This document shows positions 1-14,600 of a DNA stretch of 64,000 nucleotides, piece by piece. The notes below the pieces were generated by a model that searched no databases, was not told where the DNA came from, and saw nothing but the letters and a program-made list of their open reading frames with translations. This DNA is from Botryllus schlosseri (lineage: Eukaryota): contig CM119372.1 in NCBI GenBank assembly GCA_051294905.1, positions 25,670,001 to 25,734,000 on the forward strand, read 5' to 3'. Position numbers and translations under genes: made by a program. How positions within the stretch are numbered: the stretch's first letter is position 1; every line of letters starts with the position of its first letter.

Positions 1-1972
1 TAACGTCACTTGCTGTGTCATGAACACTTAGTACGTAAGGCAACGTCGACATTGCGTGGAACTTTCTTTTCTGCAATTGACATGAAGTACAACTGGTTAC
101 GGGTGAATGGAGAACCTGCCGAATGGCGTTTACTTGGACTTGAATTTATTTGGAAAAACAATTGAATTTCACACCGCCATGTAATTAATGAACTGTTGCT
201 TCGAACGATCGAAAAATTTGTTTATTATATCTGTATAGCGAGTCGGATTTTGTGTGTCGATTCACAACAACAAATGAAACTGCTCACGGAGATAATCTAC
301 GTACTTCGTTATAAATGATATGCTTCAAATATGAGTATATAGTTCAGATGTATCTGACCTTTACGGTACTAAGTCGCGGAATAAACATTACTGAACTGAA
401 TGAAGCTTTGTACTTGAATCGTGTCTGCGTAAACATTTGAACAGTGAATCATGCACTTTCGGGAAGGAGATTGTAATCTAGCCGCGACGTAATCCGGTTG
501 TTTTGCGTTTCGGGCGTGTAAGCGTGGTCTTAGCGTGCTATCTCATCGCTGGGAAGTTGGTCTGTTTATGATATGACTGAACGTCTAGTTCGGCTGTGCG
601 TAAAATTATTGCCGCTTGCTCGCTTCAATTTAGTCTCGTGATTCATAATAAAATTGAAAGTGGTCGCCAAATGTCATTGCTCATGAACCAATGGTGCCGC
701 ACCCATTACACTCCTCCTATGAACTCGATACGTATTAACGGCGCACTGCGTTCTTAATATGATTTGGCCACAAACTAAAGGTGAGAGGTAATAATTTTAG
801 GCTGCAGTCACTTTCCTTAGAAAGCTGCCGTATTCGAAGTTTCGAACTGCAGCTAAAATATTTTCAGGAAATGTATCAATCCGCTCCATCTGTGTCTGTG
901 GTATCGAACTAACGCGTAATCGCGTCATTGCTACATTTCGGGCATGTATTTCTTCGCTGTTGCATTTTCGCGACGAGACCTTCGCCTTAGTCCCATTTCC
1001 TTAGGAAATACACTAAAATTATGTAACGCGTCACTCACTCTTCTATACACACGATGTAACAGCGCATACTCTCATTGCAACTTAAACAAAACGTACATAA
1101 AGTATTGAATAATAATCATACTGGGCGAGGTTCGGATTACGGATCGTATGGGCACTATTCCAGCAACACCTTTATTCGCACTTAATAGAATTGGCAAAAT
1201 ACGACGATTGGCCCACTGATTACATTTATAAACCGGTAAAACTGGCTTTAAAGACGATATAGTTGGCATATTTCTTGCTTCATTAGCTTTAGTGGTGATG
1301 CGGCGTTGATCATGGGAGATCATGAGAGATTATATCTAAACACGGACGTTAGAATTTAGTTCGTTAATTATGGAATCACACTTCAAGGTTTAACTTACGT
1401 ACAACGGTTTTGCATTCACGTTAACTAACTAAACATTTCCCCAGAAAGCTCTGAACGTGTACGTTTTTGCCTTCTCGGAATCTGGTGTCAATGTCGTCGA
1501 CTTTGTTTGTAATGGCGAATAAGGTTAATAACACTGGTCAACACATATTTTTAGGCAGACAAAGTAAGAGCGGTTTTGGGGGTTCTGAGGGGGACTGATT
1601 CCGAATATGACCTTAGTTTTTTCAAATTGGCTCTTGTTGTGGAGATAACCCGTGGGACTGTTTTGACCAAAATCTCCCATTTTCACGGTAATGACTAGAT
1701 ATAAAATCGGCTTAGTGGAACTATAAAGTTTAGAAATTCAATCTACTTGTTATTTTTACACACAGAAGACTATATTAAATCAAAATACAGCGACATCACT
1801 ATATTTTGGGGTATTAGATTTATCATAGTTACAGACTTTCACGGATATCATGTACATAAATAAACTCCGGTCATGTATAGAAGTATTTACATAGATACTC
1901 AAATAATGTGGCATTAATTCAATCAGTGTTACGTCAACCACCTATTGTAAATTTGAAATAATCAGTTGGAAT

Positions 1973-2166
1973 CAATGTTCCCTCTAAGCTGCGCACGTGC
2001 GCAAATGCGCAGTACTTTCACGGTTTCTGCGCACAGAAAATCTAAGTTGCGCACAAAAAATCTGAAGTGATGACCGTTTTTTTAGTCGTTATGCACTGTT
2101 TTCCAAGGGCCTGCGCAGTGAGTTGGTGAGTGTGCACAGACCCATCAAAAATTAGAGGGAACATTG
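1973..2166. mobile_element. 194-bp hAT MITE nested in the Chapaev element
   Basis: TIR CAATGTTCCCTCTAA / TTAGAGGGAACATTG; perfect 8-bp TSD GTTGGAAT; internal TGCGCA motifs. Confidence 0.92.
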
Positions 2167-2224
2167 GTTGGAATACAATATTATTGATATATTTTAAATC
2201 GAATTTTTTTTTTGTACGACTTTC

Positions 2225-2805
2225 GCCTGTAAGCTATTTAGTGCAGTTTCTCGAAAGGTTCCGGCAACGGTCTGACATAATATGATCAATCGTTCATCTC
2301 ATCTGCCCTGGTATCTTTCTATTGTTGTTCTGATGTCATGTTAGAACCTCTCCCCTTGCTAATCAACATGATGATAGGGAAACATATCAAGATGACTGAA
2401 CAGGAAGTGAACTTTTATGCTCATGTTTGTTCCAAGTTTTCGTTATGCAGATACGAATTTTCGGACCAACTGTTTGTAGTTGGGTTCTTTGTGATCAGCT
2501 AAAAAGTATTATTTACTACATCTTAGGAGAAATTGCCTGCTGTGAACTCCTCCTAATGTGAAATTGGAATCTTTCATCGGTATTCGAATATACCAGATAC
2601 CAGATTTAAGCTTCTCGTTTGATAGGGTTACTAGGTATACCCACTTCGTTGACTCAGTGGAAAATTATCCATTTATCAATCAAAAGAAATGAGACACACA
2701 TATAAGTATTGTAGTTAAGCCTGTCAAGGACAAATTTCATAGTTTTATACTACTCTTTTATCTTGGTAGAATGACCAATTGATACAGAAGATGAATTTCC
2801 GTTTT
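2225..2805 (-). pseudogene. Decayed Chapaev3 transposase, central and C-terminal fragments
   Basis: Manual minus-strand translation gives NGNSSSVSIGHSTKIKE*YKTMKFVLDRLNY, LSNEKLKSGI, FLADHKEPNYKQLV, LGTNMSIKVHFLFSHLDMFP and D*QGERF*HDIRTTIERYQGR*. These match the recalled Chapaev3 motifs MSLKxHFLxSHLDxFP and SDEQGERFHQDI...RYQGRW. Many stops and frameshifts. Confidence 0.8.
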
Positions 2806-3648
2806 GGAAAAGTATGATTTTTAGGCTTGACAAACTGCTTTTTTGACAAACATATATTTCGTATCATGCCATGTTCATATTGATAGAATGACTGAGAATG
2901 ACATGAGGGTTCTTCATAGTCAATTAGCCATTTATGCGCAGTATAAAATTAGAAAAAACTACGATTTTCTTCCCACCAAGTGGAATATTTAAGGGTAAAT
3001 GCAGTAATTTTGCGCTTTTTGGGGGTATAAATACCTTCTGACAGAGAGCCAATCTGACAAAACTAATGTGATATTCGTAATCAGCAACCTCAAAAACCCC
3101 AGAAACGGCTCTCAGATGTTCTGCCTAAAAATTTTTTTCTTCATTTTGTTGACCAGTGTAATGTTACGTATCATGATATCAGCATGTTCGACATTGGCTA
3201 TCTTGAGGGATTATTTACGAGAAAATATTTTTTGATGCAATGTCAACTGTTGTTGAAAACGTGCTGGATGATATATAGACCCAAGCATTTCCTCATTTCC
3301 TCAGAATTAATACGTGGCCCGGATGAGATCGTGTGTAGGGCCGTGTGTGTATCACACTCCTGACTTAGTTAGCCTAGTACATGGCAGTGGCTGTTGCAAT
3401 GTTGCAACGAGATGCCTTCGGCGAGAAATTGCGCAGCACGCTCTTGCGAGTAATTGTTATAATCGCTATCTTGACGTAATCACACACGCCTTCTGCTAAC
3501 CATTGCCGAACTCGCGGGGATTGAGAAAAAGATCTCGTGGTAAATCTCCGCAATGACATGTCATGTAGGATTACTTCGCCTTGGGCGGTTAACCGAATAC
3601 CACGCAATCCTATGCGTATAAAGCGTCGCGACGCAACTCTATTTTCAG

Positions 3649-3780
3649 ACGACGCTGAACGTAAGATGTTGCGTCTGCACGTTTTTGCGTGTAGACGGCA
3701 TTGAGATGGTTGCTGCAGTGAATTGTGAACCAACGGGATGGGCCGTCATACTATGGAAGACAGCATTGCATTGGGCTAAG
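3649..3780 (+). other. Candidate exon (132 bp), coding status uncertain
   Basis: Acceptor CTCTATTTTCAG at 3648 and donor AAG|GTAAGA at 3780. Open in phase 0 (TTLNVRCC...WKTALHWAK). No partner exon confirmed. Confidence 0.2.
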
Positions 3781-4788
3781 GTAAGATCTCTGAAAATCAT
3801 GATTTGGCGCTGTTTTGTAACTAACTTCGGGATATGCAATGTTACATAATTGGTTGCATAACAGGAATTAGAAAATTATTGGCCATGTCCAATAAAAGGG
3901 TTTACGTTATCGGCGGAAACTACTAGCAATAGTTCACTACGTACGACGCAATACTGTTCGAGCAAATTTAGTAAATGCGTCTAGGTGCGCCGAAAGTTTC
4001 GTTTCGTTCCGAAATATTCCACTCTGCTGACAGCGCGGCCAAGTTAATCCCTGGCGACTGTTGTTGATCTTTGCACCGACGGGTTTCGGAACTGAGCGTA
4101 AATCGTGTGAGATCAATCGAATTTTCATCCGAAATTCAATTCTATATTTACAGATGTGAGGGCCGGTCCATATTTTCTTTCTGTGGCATTAAAGGTAGGA
4201 TCTTCAATCCGTTGGTGTTTATAGCAAACGATAGCATCACTATTCAGTCGATGGCGATAAACATCGTTGATGTGATTTGCAATTCTGCAACGTACGTGTG
4301 CAAACTGGGTACTAAAATGTTGTTTGATAAGAGTAGAGAATAATATTTCAGTATTCAGACCGCAGGGATTGGAAGCTGATAAAACTTTCGTGACGCGATT
4401 GTGTTTAATGAATAATTATGAACAAAAAAGTTGAAAAACAATGAAAATATAAGGAAGCAATATCACGTGTTATTGTTACAATTGAAATTATACATCCAAG
4501 TAGCTAAATTAGTCAGTGGAAGAATAAGCAATCCATAGAAAAACAATACAAACGAATGCTTGTCATATATTTAATGCGATGTATGCAGCTGATCCCACGA
4601 TACCAGCAGCTAGGGTGAACGTTACTTGCTTGTAATTCAGCAAATATAATATGAAGCGGCTTATGATCCAGATATTCACGATATGAGAGTTCTCGATTTA
4701 TCGGGCGCTATCGTGGCACGTGGGTACACATAGCGGTTCTGATATGGGGATTTGTATGACAATGAGAATCAGCGGTTCTATTATTTTT

Positions 4789-4789
<1 letters not shown>

Positions 4790-4820
<31 letters not shown>

Positions 4821-4976
4821 ACAGATTATATTTTCATCTGCCCAAGACACACACAACAATGTACAATGCGATATACAAGACACACAAGTGACACAATGCA
4901 ATGTAATGAACAGATAGGGGGATGCCGAACGACCAACCAGTTGGGGTCTCTTGAACTGGCATCCACCTCGACCTAG
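4790..4976 (-). mobile_element. 3' end of a non-LTR retroelement with (TGAT)n tail
   Basis: (ATCA)n run followed by CAGATTATATTTTCATCTG..CAAGACACAC. The same segment recurs at about 10845-10925 and 23700-23756. Confidence 0.55.
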
Positions 4977-5093
4977 TGCCCGATATCACAGTCTTCTTCG
5001 ATGTTATTCTTTCTTCATCGGTCCATTTTAGAAGCTATTTCTTGCACTTTCTCTTTCTTTATCGGGTCTTTTTTTTCGCTAAAGACGTACAAT

Positions 5094-5456
5094 TAGGGTT
5101 GCATTTAAACAAAAATCAATTTAAAGTAAACATGTTTGAAACATGTTTTTTTAATCCATGACGTCACGAATATTCAGTTGTGACGTCATAGTGGACTGGT
5201 ATTGACAATTGAAAATGTAGGGTAAATATAGCTCCTTTGACGAAATATATACGTACTATAGATGTTGAACCGACTATTTTGAGAGTTGCAACCATCCCAT
5301 ATCGTATACGTCGGCCTTTGGGTGGTAATTGTCCCTAGGGTCATACAACATGTTTTTAGGAAAGCATGTACACAATTATGGCATGATTTTACGACTTAAA
5401 AAAAGCAATTTTTTTTTAAGGGCATTTGTTTAAAACACTGCTTAAATGCAACCCTA
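5094..5456. mobile_element. hAT MITE (TAGGGTTGCATTTAA family)
   Basis: TIR TAGGGTTGCATTTAA / TTAAATGCAACCCTA; perfect TSD CGTACAAT; homologous copy at 52349-53148. Confidence 0.92.
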
Positions 5457-7226
5457 CGTACAATGTACAACACGATGCAGAGTATAATGAACAGAAAGGA
5501 TGCTGAAACGACCAAGTAGAGCAGAGGTTCTCAACTTCCCTTGTATAGCGGGCCGCATTTCAACAGCAAAAAACGCTGCGGGCCGCAGAACATTACAACC
5601 ATGTATTTATGTGCTACTGTTAAATTTAGGCTACTGTAGCCAATTTACCAGTCGTATACGGGCATTTAGTACATTTTTATGTATTATGAGGCAAAGGACA
5701 GCGTTCGTAAATTTGCGGTTATTGTTTTTGTGACAATATGTTTCTTCCAGCGGCGCAAGTAATCGAAAGTGCAATGCATTCGTTGCCAATTCGGTACACG
5801 CACCTTTAAACTAACCCTTCCACCATATAACCGAACTGTATGTTTCAATACGCGAGCCAGAAAGTTTGAAATTACGGTAACTTTTTCGTGACCGAGGCCA
5901 TTATCACTTTGAGTCAGGCGTTCGGGCTCATTTCTGAGCGAACCAATCAACCCTTCTCCTTTCCTTCCATGGCTGGAGCCCTGCACCAATAGTTACAGAA
6001 GTCAGTTTGGTCAGGTTGATGATTTACGCTGGTCCCCTCCCCACGTTTGCCCTGCCAGCATTTCCTCTGCAAATATGTCCACTCTGATAAAATGCACCCA
6101 GATAATTAGCTATGCAATGTCTGTTGAGTCGGTGGATTAGTCCAATGCTAAGTGGCTAAAGTGAGTCTATACGCGGCAACGTGTTTTAGAACATGCAATA
6201 AAAGATCGACTGACATTGCTGTTACTCTTCTGGTCACGGTTAAATCAGATAACTGTATAGCTTCGAAATTTGTCAGGTGATGTTGTAATTGCTGCTAAGA
6301 TCCGGAAACAGCGAATATTCGCACAGTATGTTAAAGTTGTATTGAAATAACACCTTCTCTAGCATATTTCTTGGGTTTTGCGATATACCAAGCAATTTTG
6401 AACGAAGCGTCTGTAACATCGTCGGCAATTTTAACAACTGCTCTAAATATGGATGTCCGGCTTGACACCTAGCTGGTTACGTTTTCTAAGATCAGGCGAT
6501 ATGTATAACTATACAGAAGAAACTGTCGTGGTATCATTTTAAGCTTCTACGCTTCGTTACGACAACTGTTCTTCGACAAATATGACACATCGGTTTTCCA
6601 TTTCCATTTAATTTCCCGTTCCTTGTTCTTGTATCTGTTCAAACCATTCGCGGTCAGTGAAACACTCTTTGAAAGTGTACTACACTACAGCGGGATTCTC
6701 TTGGAACAAGAGTTCAGCCGAATTCCGATTCAAATCAATAACAATCAACTCGAGCATATATCAAGAAACTAAAACACAACAATGAATGAGTAGTCAATTA
6801 CAATTACCAATACAAATAATATTTAACAATACAGTGCCAGTAGTAATTGCGTTCATAATGAAAGACGTCGCGTGCCGCAAAATAACCGTTTGCGCCATAC
6901 ACGTCAATCAACTGTTACGTCACAATTGAAAATTCGTGACGTCATGGTAGCACTAATTCGAACTCACTACATGAGATTCCTCGTGTGCCCCATATTTTCT
7001 CTGTAAATATTGGTATTTATTGTTCGAAAATAAAGCTCGAAACGAGAGGCAGGGCACAGACGGGCCAAGCCTCACCATTAATAACGCAATTCATCGTAAG
7101 TAGCTTAGAATTTAATGTAACTGATATTAATCGAATCTGACTGTCACACTGATTCCGATAATCTAAATACTAATCGACTTCTCAATTCTCAAAGTATTCG
7201 GCGGTATAACATAACGTTGCTCCACA

Positions 7227-8026
7227 CAGGGATGGCCAACCTTTTTGCCATACACGGCCGCATTTCGACTACTCATGTAGCCTACGGCCGCATTCCCGGA
7301 CATAGTCGTAATGAACAAGCTGGACGGCAAATACCCAGGATAAAGTGTCTATGTTCATTTCTGGTGAACTCCGGATTAATCTATTTATTGATAGGCTTAC
7401 TATGCGCACTCAACTCGCGAGTGGTCACTGGTAATGCTAAGGAAGCGAGGGCTGATAGTCGCGCGAAGCGCGCAAATTTTTTCAGATTCGCTAATGAATT
7501 TCGTCATTGATATTAGAAGTAGTATCGTAGGCCCCGATATTACTATCAAACATTTATCCTTTCTCATCCCGTGTGATCAGATTCACCGGCATAGAGTTGA
7601 TGTATAGGGGTGCTTTCGAAAATTCAGAGCAAGTTATAAATTATGATGCATCTTCGGGTGGGCCAATTGTTATTAGTCACTCTGTTGTATGCTGTTATTT
7701 CTTGACCTCCCATCAGGATTGGTGGTATAGTGAGGAGCACAATATTCCGATTGGTATTTCCATGTGAGGGGCATCATTTTCCACTGATGTTCGCATCTGT
7801 ATTGTGGGGTTCTGATTGCAAAGCGTGCTACTATATTAAAATCGAAAAATGTAGTCGCATTGAATCGCATTGAAGAAAATGTTAAGAATAATTAAAATCT
7901 TTCAAAAAATCGGGAGTCAATTCGTAAATTCAAATTGCATGTCCACTGCCGCCAACACATACTAATTGAATTGCGTGTCTACGGCCGCACAAATTCCCTC
8001 TAACGGCCGCAGGTTGGCCACCCCTA
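7227..8026. mobile_element. hAT (Charlie/Buster-like) non-autonomous element
   Basis: TIR CAGGGATGGCCAACC / GGTTGGCCACCCCTA; CTCCACA duplicated at the flanks; CGGCCGCA subterminal motifs. Confidence 0.85.
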
Positions 8027-8060
8027 CTCCACACGCCTACATTTTATCGTCACACAGAGC

Positions 8061-9674
8061 CAGTGACGTGCTGTGAGGTTCATGGCTGGTGAGGCATGGA
8101 CCCCCCCCCCCCACACACACACACACAAACACGCACGCACGTAAAGTACGGTAGTCAACCTGATAAAGAGATCTAAAATGTGAATAACAACAGCAGCGGG
8201 TATAGAGAGCATTTTCTTTGCACACTGATAGCCGTTGCAATTCCACATTATACAATACATGTAGGACTGGATGGCCGCTATTGTGCTAAATGGGCATGAC
8301 ATGAATACGTGACGCGATAAACCGATGATTGCGGAAAGGATCTTGCCTTCCCTTAACTTGGTAGGAATACTTGAAAACGACATGCCCCGGGTTTGGCAGC
8401 CACGCAGCGATGCACACTTTCGAAAATTTAGAAGGGCCGACCCACTGAAGACACACCACTACCCAGGGCCGAAACAGTACTTCGTCAGCCCCCTCCCCTC
8501 CCGAAGAACATTGGTCTCCCCCACCCCCTACGGTGATAACACAACGTCAAATTGTAATTGAACATATTCGGGCGGGTCCGTTGGCATAATTTCTTCTTTA
8601 AATGTTGTTATTTCACGACCTACTGCTGTCTGTTGTATGGAAAGATATTGAAATCGCCCATAAGTAGGCTACTAAAGTAAAAGACGCACACCATTCTAAA
8701 TTGGTATTTCTAAATTGCCAAATAATTTTTCGCTGCGGGATGGCATAGTATTAACCCGAAAAAATAATCGCGCCGAACGTGAAAAAAGTTTCAAAATAGT
8801 TGCACAAATTTTCCCAAAAATACTCTATAATTTATGTTCATTCACGAAATAATTTTGGGCCCCATTCCAGCTCACCCCCCGCAATTGAGGGTTTGGGGTG
8901 ACGCAGTTCCGGTCCTGCCACTACCTATAGCGGCTGACCATCGATTACATTTTTATTTACCGATCCATCCAACTGATCAATGGTATAACAAATCGTTTAT
9001 TTTTGTTTCGTTTATCTTACGCGAATCCGACAGAAAACTCGGCAATCAAGTAATATGGGGGAGGGATATTTGAACCAAGTTTCCCCCTTGGATCCCGATA
9101 GAATTTGGTACGGATAGCGTTATGATCGCCTACTACCAGTACTACGTGGTCGTAAAGAATTCATATATCGGACCTTGTATAGCACATTAGATTGGGCGAG
9201 CATGATTGTGATTACTCCTATTGTGTTGGGGGTCAATAGTTCAGGATTTTAACAAGTTTATTGAACTGGACACTGTACATTTATGCGGCGGGAAGTTATG
9301 GCGAAATTTACTTAAATGACTAGGAAAGTCACTATCCATGCACGCTACCTGAACGCATGTCTCTGTGGCGCGATTAAGATATGGTAACGTGCATGATGTT
9401 TGCCGATCAAAATTGATTGATATCAGATATTTTCGAAAAAAATCGCTAAAAATCGCACCTGTGCCTCAACTCTCCTTTCGCGCTGTATTTTTGAATAATA
9501 ATTATGCAAACTGATGATGTTGTGTGAAAAAATTTTCAAATTTAGTTATTTATGAGCATCGATGTAAAATATCAATAATCATCGACTCATGGAGGGTTTT
9601 CACAATTTTCACTTACTCGCCCTGACGACAGGTGAGGCACTGCCTCACCTGCCTCATTGGACCGCACGTCACTG
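8061..9674. mobile_element. hAT non-autonomous element (CAGTGACGTGC TIR)
   Basis: TIR CAGTGACGTGC / GCACGTCACTG; perfect TSD CACAGAGC; GTGAGGCA/TGCCTCAC subterminal motifs. Confidence 0.9.
8464..8917. mobile_element. hAT MITE (CAGGGCCG family) nested in 8061-9674
   Basis: TIR CAGGGCCGAAAC / GTTCCGGTCCTG; perfect TSD CCACTACC. Related ends at about 28833, 45958 and 53335. Confidence 0.88.
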
Positions 9675-11611
9675 CACAGAGCTATACTTACCAATCAAGA
9701 ACGTGGATAGTTATGACGTTGTTTGTAATTCGAGTTTGTAATTGTCACATCCACAACAGTTCATTTCGCGCCGTAGATCAGGAGGACAATGCGTATTTGA
9801 AAACTGCGTTTTGAAATTGGCGTCGCCATGTCTGCTATGCTCTTTGATTAATCAATGTATCGCACAATTCAAGGTTTCGAGTCTGGTACATAGAATTCGC
9901 GAATGATAGTGGCCGCCGGCGTGACAGTAACTTAAATATGATGATTTTGAAAAGAAGGGGTCCGAGCCCCTAGACCTGAAGACGACATTGTCTTTACACC
10001 TCTCAAAGACATGTTTATGCAGCCACGAGAATAATTATTCTGGCCGCGATGAAAATTTACCAACAATTCGCTGCAATACTTATCAATTTAGTGCAAAAAT
10101 AAATATTTGGGAAAGAGCCATATCTTATACCCAAAAGAGCCATATATGGCTCGCGAGCCATAGGTTCCCGACGACTGCTATAGATAAACCTCCAACACTT
10201 GGATAGGAATTCTGGATTCGACTGCCAAACGAGGTAGCGTGGTATGCGGTGCTTCCGGATCGCGTTACTCATTTGACTGAGGAAATCATGAAAAAAGTTC
10301 GGAAGAGCGATCCAGTAAGAGGGGCATCGAGAGTTCATTTGGATGGGCAGAGCATTTACGAATGCGCACCAAATTAACGCTTCAGATGCATTCCACCTCC
10401 ATGCAACCAATAGTGCCAGCATTTTATGTCGGAAAGGTATAGCCTACACTAACAGTCTCCTAATCAAGCAGTTATTTATTCATCACTGGAATTGGCCAAA
10501 CGCGTCATCACAATTTACACCAAACGTGTCAGAAAGATAGCTTGTTGCTACTTAATTGCTGTAATCCTTCCTGCCCCATCAGGTAACTTCTTGAACAAAA
10601 GCAGAGCCATCCAACAGCAATGGGAGATAGTGGCTGTAATTTCTGACAGCATTTATTGCAGCACACCGACCAGTTCTAATAATTTATAGACCGACTCCAT
10701 CCATCCCAAGATACTAGATAGTCGCCGTAACGCCTCACAATATCAGTCAACTTCAGATTCGCCATTGCGCAGCGATAGCTTGTATAGTATGTTTCAATAT
10801 ATTTTAAAAAATCCGCGCAGTCAGTCATATCGATTTCCCACCCATCAGTCAATAATCGTCAGATTATATTTTCATCTGATCAAGACACACACAATAGTAC
10901 AGTCGATTAGACACAATGCGATGCAAACTGCCTAGTTCGTTAGCATCCCACCGGATTATCGAGAGCACTGTGTAGTAATTGCATTAATTACGATCACATT
11001 GAATTTCATTGATTTCATCGGTGAACGTTTGCAATATATCGGTGTTGTCTGGCCACTAATGAAATATTCCTTATAGCTTTACCGAACTATCAACCGGTGC
11101 TGTGTCAATGTAATCGTAACTCTTTCGCCACTATTAACGCCTACATCAGGGCATGTTTTATTGTTTAGTTTATGGAAAACAACGATAAATCTCGTGGAAG
11201 AGGCTGTCGCATAATCATATTGTAATTTAACGGTTGAAGATGGGTTATAACTACTACGGAATGCGAAGTCGTAATAATATCTATATAGTTGAACATTAAC
11301 ATTCGTATGGAAATATGATTGAACAAGTGACCCCTAACCTTGTCAAACTAAGAACCTTTTGGCATACTCGCAACGTTTTCTTCGGGCTACCTATAAAAAT
11401 TTCTTTAGAGACACCAGGGTCTTAATTCGGCACTGTCAGCCAGACTGTATAGAGTCAAGTGTACCTGTTCGATGCGGGTGTGATCAGACTATAGTTGACC
11501 CTCAACGTCGTATCGATCATTCCAATCTAATACCGAATACTGTGCATGCATATTTTCTGTACCACCATCATTGCCGTCTGTTGTTATGTATTTTGGTTGG
11601 ATGAAAATAAA

Positions 11612-11613
<2 letters not shown>

Positions 11614-11667
<54 letters not shown>
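11614..11667. repeat. (CT)27 microsatellite
   Basis: Perfect CT run directly after AATAAA; possibly a retroelement tail. Confidence 0.95.
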
Positions 11668-11670
<3 letters not shown>

Positions 11671-14600
11671 TCCCTTGATATCTTGATTTATCCACGAAAC
11701 AGTTGGCCAGACAGTGATGCATTGCAAAAATATGACTTTTACCGGACATTCCTTGCCGACGCATGCATGTGTCACGCTCAACATACCGCTTACGTTGACT
11801 AAGACTCTGTCGCAATTATTACCCGAGTTTATTGTTTCTTGTAACATGTATATATAATTAGAAATTTATTTTAAATCTATGTCCTATAACATGAAAATCC
11901 GATCCTAGAGAACATAATATTGCCCGTGACGCACGCATGAAACGGCAACAGGAACCACTTAAAACTCACGATTAATAATACTTATATTTCAATCCCAGTG
12001 TAATGTACTTAGCGCATTGCATGAGTGGCACCGCATGGTGTCGTATCTGAGCAAAAATCTGTCTGGCAGAAGCAGGAAAAATGCTCCCTTCGCTATCGTT
12101 GGAATCGTAACCGAGCGTTTACATTATAGAACACGCAGAAAATATGAAATATTCCAACCCTGCAATATCCACAGTTCGGCCGGAAAGTTGAGGGATGTAA
12201 TTTAGTACGACAGCCCAAGCGTTCGGAAAAATATTTCGCTAGTCAAGTTTAAGGAAACTTTAAAATAACGCGGAAACCGTTGTTTCTATGTTGTTTCAGC
12301 TTTATGCTTAATTTGAAAATGCCTTTCCTGTCAACGAGAGCATGGAGTGTGCTAGGTTATATGACGCAATGTGGGTGTGGGTATCGTCAATGGCAGGCTA
12401 AGGCGTCGGAGTTTCATGAGATTAACCTCTCCATTGTCTATATTGCACGACGAAGTATCTTTCCTCGACCTCATTAAATTATGCTGCATCTGATCGGAAC
12501 TTTCTTGGTCCGTACTTTTCATCCGCCTTATGTGCTGATCGCTTCAGATCGTATCAGCTCGTCATCCGCCGTGATTTGTCTTCCGCGGCATCGCCATTGC
12601 GGCGGCGATCTCCATGCAATCTGCATTCCTAAGGTGAAGCTAATAAACGGACTGTAAATAGTTTTCCACCGGAATGCAAAAGTCCTGGTTCTACAGTGGT
12701 AAACATATTTAGATCCCAAGCACTCCTGTCCCATTTGAAGCCGTGATTTTGCCATTATTTTCGTATTTGCCCCTTGTGTACCATTTACCCAGACTTTTGT
12801 CGATAAGTTTTTGTGCGCTTTATGCAGCGTCTCTTTTCTCCAGTTTTACCCTTTCCAAAGAGATATGTTTACGATGCAAGTATGACAGTGTTCTGCAAGA
12901 TCTATTTTATATGATATTATGTTATGCTAATAGCCGCACAATGAATGCCGTGAAATGTTTCTGAACAAAAAACATTGAACATTGCAAAGGCAGATCAAAA
13001 GCAATACTCAGGAAAAATCTAGCGACTTCTTGCGAGGAAGTATTAACATATGCATTATGCATGTATTATTGTTTATAGTGTAGAGCAGTTCATAACTAAT
13101 CCTGCTACGTTGGATACTTTAGGATAAATCCTAATGTTTTGCTGAATAAATATATTTGAGGATTGTTGTTTCTTCAACGGATATCAAAATTTTGCTCTGC
13201 GAAGCTGCCCATTAGTGCGTAACGAATGACACAATTCTCGATGTTCGACAGAAGTCTCGCGCTCTTTCGTCGACTTAGCAAGTTGTTTGTTCGTCACCTA
13301 GTTCTGTATATTTCTTCGTTGCGCGTATCAGTTGAATCCAACGCTTGAGAAAATAGTATTACTTGCCTGAGAAGTTGCGCTGCAATTGTTTACTCGCCAT
13401 GTATGTCTGGTGAGTGGTGAAATATGCTTTGATGTACAGTGTACACCAACATTCTTCAGGAAACGTCCGTTTTAGTTGAATTTGCGGTATAGAATGTAGA
13501 CTTGTAGAGTCAGGATAGCTAGGCACTATTTTAGCATCTGGTTTCTACTGGTTATACTGTAGAGTTGAAGAAAATTTCCAACGAATTATTGGAGGATCGT
13601 GAATCAATGCTATTTGCTCTGTGCATCGTTGCGACTATAAGCGGACACAGATTGCAATCTGAAGAGTGAAGAGGTTTGCTGATTTCAAAGGAAGTGCTTT
13701 TGACTTATAGGATCCGTATATAGGATTTTACAGGCGTCTAAATGTATTCAGGAAAACTTTCAAAGTCCTCAATTTGCCTGTTCGCACAATGGCGTTATTA
13801 ATATATACGACGGCTCAGTTTGTCAACAGGGATTGGATGTTATATTAGATTAATCGATTCATGACAGTTTTAAGTCATTTCAACTACGCAAAACATGAGC
13901 TTTCGCGCATATTCGCAATTTCCTACCTGTAGGATTTCCAGGCGTCGTAGAGATGGCCATGTCCTCGGGCTAGTCGATTTCATTTGCTTTCTCCATTTTG
14001 ATTCGTTCGCAACGTGTGTGATTTTTCGTATGCTAGAAATGGCGGCATTCCTTGTTCTTGCTCGAAATGTGTAATTTTGCAGTGTTTTGCGACTGTGTAA
14101 TCTGCGCTATTCGCCGATCGTTTCCAATACCCGTCTTAATAGAACTGATTTCTTTTTCCAAAACATTTGGTGACCTTCGTGCTAATATCTTAGCTGTTGA
14201 ATTTTGTCGATAATAAATAATTCGTGTTGGAGTCGATTTCCAGGCTGCCAAAACAAAAATCGCACACCCACATCGCAAAGTTACTCGAGGGCGAATTTTT
14301 TTACGGTGGAAAAATACAAACACTGCTTGTTATTATTCGCATGGCGGTCCTCAGGCGTTTTCTTGATCCGTTACATCCGTTTGGCTAATTCTCAGCAAAT
14401 CTGATCTACTTCCGAAGGTGCTGTTTCTTGGGCCAGAAAAATCATGTGCTTCTTGATTTTCTCAAACGCGGTGGCGAACGCGGAGGCGTTTCTCATGTAT
14501 AAAATGTCAATCTACCGGGCTAGTCATGACCCTGGGCACTATTTGTTTTTCGATATTGCAATTTTCGGTCGGTACTTTCGAAGATCGTAGTAGATTGTGG

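Larger units (their letters stand above)
1532..3158 (-). mobile_element. Chapaev3-type (CMC) DNA transposon, deletion derivative
   Basis: TIR CACTGGTCAACA (1532) / TGTTGACCAGTG (3158), flanked by TAA on both sides. TIRs and subterminal motifs (GGGGACTGATTCCGAATATGACCTTAGTTTTTT) are shared with the element at 29849-31855. Decayed transposase inside. Confidence 0.85.
6895..10177 (-). mobile_element. Fragmented inverted relative of the hAT element at 39131-41232, split by later insertions
   Basis: 6895-7190, 9750-9900 and 10085-10177 align to the reverse complement of 40890-41160, 40735-40882 and 39131-39210. Terminal GGTTCCCGACGACTG at 10177. The other terminus was not found. Confidence 0.7.

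Noticed and set aside
11489..11847. ORFs with ERERER tracts
   Set aside because: Translation of the (CT)n microsatellite.
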